A DNA stretch of 64,000 bases, from assembly GCA_964019425.1 (NCBI GenBank), contig OZ025782.1:1302001-1366000 (forward strand). The letters are read 5' to 3'. Positions 61,901-64,000 of the stretch are shown one piece after another (position 1 is the first letter of the stretch; each line of letters starts with the position of its first letter). Origin of the DNA: Flectonema sp. DT1601 (lineage: Eukaryota). The position numbers and the translations under genes are program-made. The notes under the pieces are model-generated. The model was not told where the DNA came from and searched no databases. It was given only the letters and a program-made list of their open reading frames with translations.

Positions 61901-64000
61901 GATCCCAATGACATTTTGGGTCCTTGTCACAGCATCTCTCATCAGAGTGGTGGGTACACAGCTTCAGGGCACACGCGTTGCTCTGCCACTCGCAGTGCTG
62001 ATCGGCGTTGCAGTCCTGCTCGGTAAGCGCAGGATTCCCAGGAGCAGCCACGCATCTCTTCTTGATGCACTGAGCTCCGTCAGTTACTCCGTCGCACGCA
62101 TCCCATTCGCACAGAACGTCGCTGTTGCACGCGCTCGCGTTTGTTTGCTTGCACGGCTTTTCTACACATGTTTGCTGAAGACCGTCCCATTCACACCCCT
62201 TCGGATCGAGGTCGCACTCCGCCTCAGTTGGCTGATTGCAGATGCGTTCCTCGCAGTCTGTTTTTGTCTGGTTCCAGTCACACTTCGGGTCCTTCTCACA
62301 AGTTGCTGCATCTTGGTATGAGCATAGTGGGTTCTTCCAACATCCCTCTAGACCAACGACCGATGCGTTCCAGAAGCAGTCGTTTAGTGTGTCCGCCGTA
62401 CACTGGGTTTGATTGCAATGCTGCACACACGGCGAGTCGACACACTCGAGTCCGACTGAGCTGTACAGACAGCCAGGGTCAGCTGTGCACAGCACCTGAT
62501 CTACGTACTGTGGACAAGGCTTGTGTACACCAGACTGATTCTGGGCAGCAGCCCCCGGCATCAAGAGGGCACCCCACTTGCTATTTGGGTCACAAAGTCC
62601 GTTCAACACTGTGGCTGGAAGCTCGTCGATAATCAGGTTCTCAAAGTGGTCGTCGTGAGGATCCGACGTAATCGGCTTCAACTTCTCCTCAGCTGCGGTA
62701 TCCACTGCCGTGTGCGTCGCCTGTCTACGGAGAACCACTCCAAACACTTCGACACTCTCCTGGTTTAGTGTCGCTCTTGCCGCCGAGAGTTTGTCGTCGT
62801 CCTTGATAGCTCCATCCGTGATGATGATTAGCACTCGCTTTCTACCTACGGGGCTGGCACGGAACATGTCACCGGCCCATCCAAGACCCTGGTTGATGTA
62901 AGTTCCCGCCTGTAGGTAGTTCGCCTCATGATAATCAATGTCCGCCTGTAACTCAGTTAGCTTTCCTGTCAATGAACCGAACGAACCGACACCGATTGGT
63001 GTCCTGATGGCTGCCTTGTCGATAGCTGTTCCTCCACTAATCGGAATACCAGAGAACTGGATTACTCCCATTCGCATTCCACCGTTAGGAGCGGTGGAGT
63101 TAATCCCCACCTGGTGGCTCTCTCCAGTAAGCGGCAGAGTTTTCACCCAATCACGGATCATCTCCATCATGGCATAGAACCCATTCGGGTGACGGCCAAA
63201 GTTCTGCGACATCGAACCTGAACCATCCACCAACAATACAACATCAAGTGTTGGGCACTGTCCGTAACGGCTCTCTACACACTTTCCAGCCCCTGATGAC
63301 GTATCCCAGAAGCATCTTGGTTCCGCCTTGCAGTCGCATCTGTCAAACGGATCGCACTCCTTATCAACGCAGCGGTTCGCTCCGTCGTCCCACACGCAGT
63401 CGTCCTTGGCGCTGCATGTTGTTGGATCTTTGTTCTTGTTGCAGACCTTCTCCTTGCAGAGTGATGGCGACACGGTTACATCCCAGTGGCATACCGGGTC
63501 CTTGTCACACTCTTTCTCATTCGGGTTTTCAACACACGGCGCTACGACGCATGGCTCGACATTGCCTCCCAACCACTCACACTTAGGGTTTGCTTTGCAG
63601 TCCGTCTCAGTGTCGTTCACACAAACCTTCTCCACACAGACTCCAGGAACCAAGTCTGTTACTCCCGTGGCATCACCCACAGCGACGCACATCTCGCCAA
63701 CACCTCCCCACTCGCAGATGTATCCGTCGATATGATGATGATCCCCTGGGTAGTCATTCCACTCGCCCGACGGAGAGAGGAAGTGTGCGTAATCTTCCCC
63801 ATCCGTTGCACAAGATCCCGGACAAGGTCCACTCCAGTTATTTGGCTCTGCACCCGCCCAGTTTGCGTACATATTTTTTCCAGTAGCTGCGTCGACACGA
63901 AGTACAAAGTTTCCAGCTGTACCCTGTCCGAATGGTAACCCAGCTTCGTTCTGTATATCGCACGAGCTAGTGGTCGGAGTGTACACGCACCCTCCGGCAA
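40992..64000 (-). CDS. Giant type-I surface protein (>7664 aa, 5' end beyond the window): 13 VWA domains separated by Cys-rich C-x-W repeats, two C-type lectin domains, EGF-like and Ig-like domains, TM helix and short tail
   Basis: A 23-kb open frame continues to position 64000. Thirteen CPx[L/M/V]D-hhhhh-D[G/S]xxSM...HP.G VWA starts at ~1.5-kb spacing. CTLDs with EPN...WND...GYICEW at ~63700-63870 and ~59560-60125. EGF-like CSGKGDCTNNNMCACDAGWGGVDC. TM AALILVLWILIIALIAFMVYSLI. Confidence 0.93.
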   Translation of the reverse strand, partial: AGGCVYTPTTSSCDIQNEAGLPFGQGTAGNFVLRVDAATGKNMYANWAGAEPNNWSGPCPGSCATDGEDYAHFLSPSGEWNDYPGDHHHIDGYICEWGGVGEMCVAVGDATGVTDLVPGVCVEKVCVNDTETDCKANPKCEWLGGNVEPCVVAPCVENPNEKECDKDPVCHWDVTVSPSLCKEKVCNKNKDPTTCSAKDDCVWDDGANRCVDKECDPFDRCDCKAEPRCFWDTSSGAGKCVESRYGQCPTLDVVLLVDGSGSMSQNFGRHPNGFYAMMEMIRDWVKTLPLTGESHQVGINSTAPNGGMRMGVIQFSGIPISGGTAIDKAAIRTPIGVGSFGSLTGKLTELQADIDYHEANYLQAGTYINQGLGWAGDMFRASPVGRKRVLIIITDGAIKDDDKLSAARATLNQESVEVFGVVLRRQATHTAVDTAAEEKLKPITSDPHDDHFENLIIDELPATVLNGLCDPNSKWGALLMPGAAAQNQSGVHKPCPQYVDQVLCTADPGCLYSSVGLECVDSPCVQHCNQTQCTADTLNDCFWNASVVGLEGCWKNPLCSYQDAATCEKDPKCDWNQTKTDCEERICNQPTEAECDLDPKGCEWDGLQQTCVEKPCKQTNASACNSDVLCEWDACDGVTDGAQCIKKRCVAAPGNPALTEQDCNADQHCEWQSNACALKLCTHHSDERCCDKDPKCHWDLSLTPSQCSIKHCARMNQNKPACDTDPLCTFNDSSTECVDKECKNLDRCDCLAETKCFWNSLAPKQFCTETKFGQCPTLDLVLLLDGSGSMSATFGRHPHGFYGLMEMLRDWIKTLPLNGEKANVGLNSAPNTGEVRVGLIQFSGKNKRGASAGRADAKGTPAGTGTGGSLSGDFDELSTDVDWHEANFYSRGTMIQKGLQMAADVFHQSPNDGRQRVLIIITDGRIYDPEQLQAARSELDTEKVQVFGVVVRKNTQHTKADLDAENTLKPITSNPHDAHFQNLQIDEIPDKVLGDICDPNGVFGSLVLGQAAQQGAGAANPASGGVHQPCPQHLQQVGCLADPGCVWFDNSLSCGDSPCLHHCEEQNCTADAANGCAWTNGTICLREPKTGCDIYTGKPTECEAQKDCQVDKNGSTCIDKKCNRDNEQGCLADPDDCVWNNLNQKCTEPPCKETDEGKCVASQDGCVWQTTIPLNSTVSAYARGQPMVPFPTLTCTVSGTCSCSDTVKGAAVDVEEGYVKGKDVLACDQCAALGFEAEWHDIPGVLYLKSKTPKTLTEYAAALATVTFTTTSDAGSPRTITWNYGHGFLSTVTGHYYHYFSKSECLNVDPTATECHWGQAQAECESADNMILGLTGYLITITSDEEDRVAKLKLEGQGWMGAADLKDEGQWGWVVGPEGLESGCTYAAQKSGCDLSSQVGLLIGSGTGGSFAVATNSKTGKPMYTNWEAGEPNNYRGACPGSCAASGENYAHFRWPSGEWNDFPGDHQRIDGYICEWGGVGQLCVNPEDASGHVEITAGTCVEEKCKAGRKDPCVADPYCEWKDNTTECVQKKCTEYMTEIQCDKIEDCHWNPSISPAMCVEKPCAKLQDVATCEADSDCAWDKDRSKCIDKDCNKLDKCDCVDDEKCYWKVEQAPQGSCRKVTYGECPTLDVVMILDGSGSMSRNFGRHPHGFYALMEMVRDWVKTLPLSGEKAVVGINSAAGTEKLRVALVQFSGHPEFLVPSSNIVNSVAFPPVGVGAGGRLTGDLSELSDDVDWHEANYLEAGTYIEKAMVRAGSIFKTSSPVDGRKRVLIIITDGKIQDDDKLAQVVKDLEGMDVQTFGIVVRRTDQLTASDVAAEDSLKPITSDPHDDHFLNLLIDQIPDQALNGICDPNGPWGHLIVDQAATQAQQAGVHRPCPNYDNKIPCSADMGCIWSDVLIACLDSPCVKHCTENQCANSTDCRWNTTVLECFNKEVCPGILDSNACNQNDKCSWNATTNECIDTPCLHPDESSCIADSTFKCTWDTVNGTCTQTPCQAVDKTNCNQEPGCEWNEACGDASCEAIPCQHAEETECSKDVLCKWSQQSCSRRLCAVYPDEKCCNQKDGCHWDVQQAPAVCAQLPCRKFDDNVACDAERECMWKNNKCLEKDCGEFEKCDCDADPDCFFTTANGGSHCTFQRYATCPTLDVVLLLDGGASMSRAFGRHPHGFYALVEVVRDWAATLPLSGEAAGATTMPQTKAIRLAMVQFAGSTQWPSSDEKQALSSPSGTGTGGRLSGVLSEVKADADFHEGSFMGASATAQPDVRQTYLLGALQKAVSLFQTSPFDGRKRVLIIVSDGELNDKDSYTAARAALDQAQVHVFGIAVRPFGTVSADDVKTQETLLGALSDPKDQHLQSLQIDEVASALKGLCDPNHVWGKFIADSSVACTLYSSKDPCNKDDGCVWFDRTLSCGDSPCLAHCLDTNCTADQENHCVWNQTLGACRKEEICDHADTTDCENDKKCQVDPVDRQTCIGKICDHDNQQGCLADPKGPCLWDEISKTCDKQPCVYFEPVFCNNDTECTWNNDANLCEPIRCRWTQQVDCEEKDDNACEWKNNTCTFKPCKHHPDEKTCGEDDLCTWGTDCEVKYCRRYGEQGSCDQDGACMWLNDTCVDKNCGEFEVCRCRKDGDCYWDKGTCKESKFGECPTLDIVLLVDGSGSMSQSFGVHPHGFYGLMEMLKTWTSSLTLSGVPAGGSPSLDGKARVGFVQFSGIPTNKLPNGNVDGAQTSPAQVGASGRLTGLKAELDSELTWQEANYMQGGTYIASALDTAADMFKESPGSLRKKVLLIFTDGAILDDKILQPARGRLETAGVVTFGIVVRRFLAHTKLDLLAEETLKPITSQPQVDHYLNLLLSEIPEALDGLCDPNSLWGKYVVDQSQAGVHKPCQNYVDKTKCDSDPGCLYQEVLTACVDTPCIRHCLETECNNDQSNHCNWNSQEQVCYKKEICPHTNLQDCNQDPMCAWNQTVCGEKPCLHPDENSCLADTEFDCTWETGTQNCVLTPCQHTDESSCNAAGCEWDQCPGSSADDACVERLCVATAETACTADSRCDWNSGSCSAKPCVLYPGEKCCNSFDGCHWDVQQSPAVCAQLPCRKFDQNGCEGEDECMWESGKCIEKDCGKMDKCRCEGDADCFYAKSADSHCTFQRYGTCPTLDVVLLLDGGASMSRAFGRHPNGFYALVEVVKDWAATLPLSKNAAGQTPLADTKTVRLAMVQFAGSSKWLPGDARQATFSPKGTGSAGSLTGSLAEINDDAKYHMQAFLGASVVTQPATQQTYLLAGLEKAVSLFRSSPVDGRRKVLIIVTDGELVDKDAYGQAMAELDQAQVRIFGAVIRPFSTRTAVDLKAEETLKQIVTAPRAAHFQNILVDELAAALNGICEPGHVWGRYVADVSDEVLPCPTVAEKDPCNKQSHCVWFDETLSCGDSPCLKHCKEANCTADWPNQCLWEGGACMKEEVCNFPTARCEKEDKCEVAKDGTTCIGKKCEHDNEQGCLADPDPCEWNNLAQTCGNRPCTYDTIPTCEQDLNCTWNTDAKYCELKKCSPYLNKEDCLQKPTTPGLCEWVKQIAGGELCETAPCKQYSSEKECNGDVICEWDTSIAPGICNEKYCRRHCTKKGCNKATCDADAKCLTEGNSCVTKVCEKLSSDPCACHNDPDCFWIPSEQACVDTRYGTCPTLDLVVLFDGSGSMSKAFGRHPHGYFAEVEMLKTWVQGLPLSGQAAGTTSTVNRKTRVAFVQFSGVPQDSGSPVTGPIPGSALKTPSNVGTAGRLSGDATELLADLSWHEANYMGQGTYIRAGLDMAVGIFQDSPLDGRKRALFIITDGAIQDKNLLASAQAKLSSQQVEVFGIVVRRFATHTQLDSDAEEVLKPITSDPHVDHFKNVDMDELADENGPLTKMCDPATGWGSALALQPVGGEHQPCRKYEGKTSCMSDVGCVWSETLLGCVNSPCVVHCSEAACNGDLTNGCVGGWNDQEKTCYREEVCGGDNIVACESEEGCEWNATASDCSEKRCHHTTEGSCLADTETTCLWKDPATCVVMPCVNYRSQDVCQQDTENSCKWTGDNTCVQTKCAYTTEVECRVDALCDWQTSNQTCTVRPCVEYTEDKSCDADRRCHWDTSTSPGSCQLKRCAKYSDQPMCEADSGCLWENDVCVEKTCHKIPERCDCQQDPTCFWSNTGGRGRCEEQAYGKCPTLDVALVLDGSGSMSQSFGRHPHGFYAMMEMIRDWVKTLPLSGEDSTVGSKSVPSGGVRVGFVQFSGLAGSTGPTGGVVNSAQRTPPGVGTNGRLSGDLTQLQADIEWHEDNYMKQLTFIEEGLVMASNMFAQDSPVDGRRKIIIIITDGVLMDGDKLSGVKSTLKQQQVLVFGIAVRRFSARTQEDIDAEAALKPVVSAPADEHFLSLMLDEVPTEVLTGLCDPASKWGKFVAGTGSGSIGLPSGAVPCDQFPSKGVCNQEKACAWGDSAQVCGNTPCFQHCNSTQCNGDVGNHCEWNATESVCWKSKLCAHANEGDCKQDNECVWKNDTCVEKPCVHDDEDACLADPEGCTFDSLQQICSPEPCKTLKTNDDCNTMSEICEWDTHGLICKPRRCVSCGSNSTCCVEDENNKQWCEMNTTANVCQEKPCVGHADEITCHEDLVCEWDAAVAPGKCKERFCSRYGDATSCNNEPACHWDFSTCSEKKCGDYAKDSTDTDKVHCACNSNPECFWHDNVCVDVHYGACPTMDIVVLFDGSRSMAESFGRHPRGYAALLEMIRDWSLLLPLANDYGRADRNGTDYAKGLTRIAFIQFSGNENRKVNGVVKGSSLSAPTGKGRAAGRLSGYLPELTGDLDWQEKNFMGEGTFLAESFDIAAGLLSKAPNDGRKKVLMVIIDSKIEDSDQTSLAKSKLDAMGIHTVGIVIRKHHLHETSDLEAESSLKPLVTEPQETHFANYMIDELQDNVFEKWCNPSTPWGTWLVDLKTTDSHLPCDFHHNSAECNRDSGCQWDDSLVRCANTPCLQLCSEDLCTSADKDLLCKYDANDHSCGKTKVCAATNSNDCGLDPACWWPKDRCEPRPCKHITEVACISDTEDECHWVQDKCTLKKCSYTTSQDCLADTECTWDQVASVCSEKPCQHVVMDICVGDKQCKWENAKCIERPCAKYLDESSCHTNVACTWNVDSSPAYCTETYCARWTQQNDCDGDVACAWDSQQDSCMESRCDRFNGKQCECQEESGCFWSSASDECVTSLFGACPPLDVAIVFDGSGSMSQAFGRHPHGYEALTTFLKDWVKKLPLNGDSYTAKENTKATGMRVGFVQFSTPGAPRTTAGFAGTANGLLSGSLSELEKDIVYHNKNQMAGRTFVQGALEHAVEIFRASPSTRKRVLILITDGKLNDADRLKAARGSLDALSVQTFGVVIRRLNTRTQEDIDAEFALKPIVSLPTDNHFLNLKLDDLVTEVFDAICDPAKKFGALIAKREGAEHQPCAVHASAGVCLADTWCVWSESLLGCVNSPCLSFGCNENNCTAATDDFCGWDGKSCSRQPVCPTHATETPCVADTENGCQWDGSSCQEKKCNHKSEDSCSTDPVGCEWDTHDMVCTKTDCTYTNESACTQATAESCSWKAEEKLCVKDRCNSQTCETNAWCCECATHADEVTCNHDDKCHWSVDESPSICKVKYCSKFTEQGSCSTDPELKCGWDSSMNKCIDKNCTKITMPCPCNKDLGCFWDGSKNECVTGQFGGCPLMDIVIAIDSTTSMQGAFSRHPNGYYAMVEKIRDWVKSIPLSGTPGKMFRDSPTQGVRVGVVQFAAEAGAIKSPNKVGSEGHVTGDLSELLIDLDFHEKNIVGTDRAYIKSALDLTKGMLATVTRKRVLLVLTDSELKDAATTATVQNLRTLLGMQVKTFGILLRPTVAFDSASSNAREELKSITTTVQDEHFEDATIDELDSILWALCDPHKQFGALIAKSATGSSSASIPCPMHLEKNACDVDLSCRWSDRLLSCADSGCVTHCDETTCTEDHANLCAWKDDSCFKQPICSYTDVSECSVDPGCDWNANEAKCEKKKCQHESESGCVEDLVGCEWQSDRDACVVRPCTYTSQDACNVDAACTWDSNIRGMMAFAPCVEIPCQATSQTECLQDAKRCEWKTETSKCVPLKCTPHPDEKTCDHDDACHWNTDNSPPGCSQKYCSKHTQVPCEADAEKCKWSGNACVELKCSDLKDGCGCKAVDRCTWDAKRSACLEGTFGGCPVMDIAVVFDGSGSMSQTFGRHPHGFYAMVEQLRDWVKTLPLSLEQAGTTTANAGGLRVGFIQFSAPKSAIRAPAGTGTGGRFSGVVAELSADLDYHEQSYAMESTYISQALDFAANLFQGSPAGRRKVLLIVTDGKIHDAAELGSARAALGGQGVEVFGVVLRRFDAHSQIDLEAEAVLSSIVSEPKADHYVNIPLDDFSSEVLVDICNPNSKFGKVILNYQELEGHHLPCGAFSTERACYGEAACDWNATSLVCEWSTCHTECSEAKCSAAGCVWDTAFGECGRVVECSATTKAACEMMQYSNEACRWYDDDSVCRLPPCTATTEDNCLADPFGCQFDEEAADQDKCTEKKCNAPDQTACEQKSICQWDDVISSCVEKPCVPYTTQAICDKHSYDCTWEGNACTPKECVPHTNERVCAGDDNCEWKTAHSPAHCGVKVCRVNKDKTSCDATDECVWDTNKNTCDEGVTQCKRFSSSCACGQTSGCMWRNDTCIASLYANCPAVDIVILLDGSTSMTETFGRHPHGFLAVTELLLDWVNTLPLAVKEASGVATASARSYGFRIGFAQFMARGEAKRTTSQGTKGLLSGASAELADDLHWHEDQFKASSSADSYASQAMEMASVMFDDSPADRKKVVIVIADGAIPDSNMMTATRGRLESQRATVFGIQVRRFATQSTEITSAADTIKSMVTEPVDSHFQSIQMSDLANVFEGLCNEATAFGYYVSKHGESLHKGSCKEWDTAAGCEVDSLCKWAANKCVRSVCPTFCQENECVAAPSAERCGWDATAQSCQKQVCKFTTQGACESTTDAESCRWETSALSAALCKPNVGCYALEDEATCITDHTCSWNAAKPLCEERSKCGVIGTKPKCDDLAECVWNTATSTCDDVEGCGLYPEQGECELQDCTWAPSGVCIDKDCGIWVESTKCEAARCDWVDGTNGTTPRCEDPKGCAIYEKEPKCINDLACEWDAASTTCKDRTGCPIYKDATTCQRLRAPALRCEWDATNVVCKDGDGCFKYSQINTCSDNDNCEWFEGAALPAGVTQPLCGTRCAILSNMACDDAQGCKWEEATCKKNDGCEDAAGKPACDQMNWCTWDVNKCVTSLPCSEWSTEETCTVRSNGKCEWTGSECVVGGCPSYNVTVCEAEGCVWNETSCVDPAACKQCPPGMSGKNCDKCDFVEVAGNCVVCDREATCSGKGDCTNNNMCACDAGWGGVDCSLRMCAPGGAYWYTAYPNKPVKDEPFTVIVHGCFPQEKPGQLALMKGLDCSASVANCMEDGSQITIHDTCQAAAAKNPMLEPEVGMELLMNVTAKISGEYTLCYALDGGKWAPVETHDRSGSRISQLEVLEEFNDDAGARGAPQTNAGEACCEGLKLGEACLPAALILVLWILIIALIAFMVYSLIKSRNENAALDQQNKNRKFDDFDMEDGNKTMLRDDDGNVNADRNSDK

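Noticed and set aside
41568..63938. Dozens of 60-300 aa ORFs on the plus strand and in alternative minus frames
   Set aside because: These are shadow ORFs of the GC-rich, Cys/Trp-repetitive giant CDS, with no independent motifs or splice/leader signals.
1..64000. Non-standard genetic code or stop-codon readthrough
   Set aside because: TAA, TAG and TGA all terminate conserved genes (e.g. TGA in PPIL2 and the carrier, TAG in the short DIS3L2 copy). Apparent ORF breaks are explained by canonical introns.

Overview
Eukaryotic genomic DNA in which every supportable gene (12 solid, 1 tentative) lies on the minus strand. Coding regions carry short GT-AG introns (51-99 nt), and start codons are preceded by pyrimidine-tract+AG sites. 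I infer a euglenozoan-type polycistronic unit with SL trans-splicing plus cis-introns, most like a diplonemid; this is not proven. In coordinate order: a four-domain EEEE voltage-gated Ca2+ channel (runs off the left edge); a type-I membrane protein with ~32 Trp-acidic motifs, WH2/C/A-like elements and a C2 domain; an SFC1-like mitochondrial carrier; PPIL2; a 4063-aa ANK/pseudo-NACHT/pentapeptide/WD40/TPR/SH3b protein; a PhoD-like phosphatase; two tandem DIS3L2 paralogues; two tandem copies of a spliced 83-aa orphan gene; CHCHD2/10; a spliced 56-aa orphan gene; and a >7660-aa GC-rich, intronless surface protein with 13 VWA modules, Cys-rich repeats and two C-type lectin domains (runs off the right edge). 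The most notable signals are the A-rich cis-intron acceptors versus pyrimidine-rich putative trans acceptors, the candidate transmembrane actin-nucleation promoter, the giant VWA/lectin adhesin, the NLR-like giant protein, and microproteins that the ORF track misses. All domain calls are by-eye motif recognition; no database searches were run.
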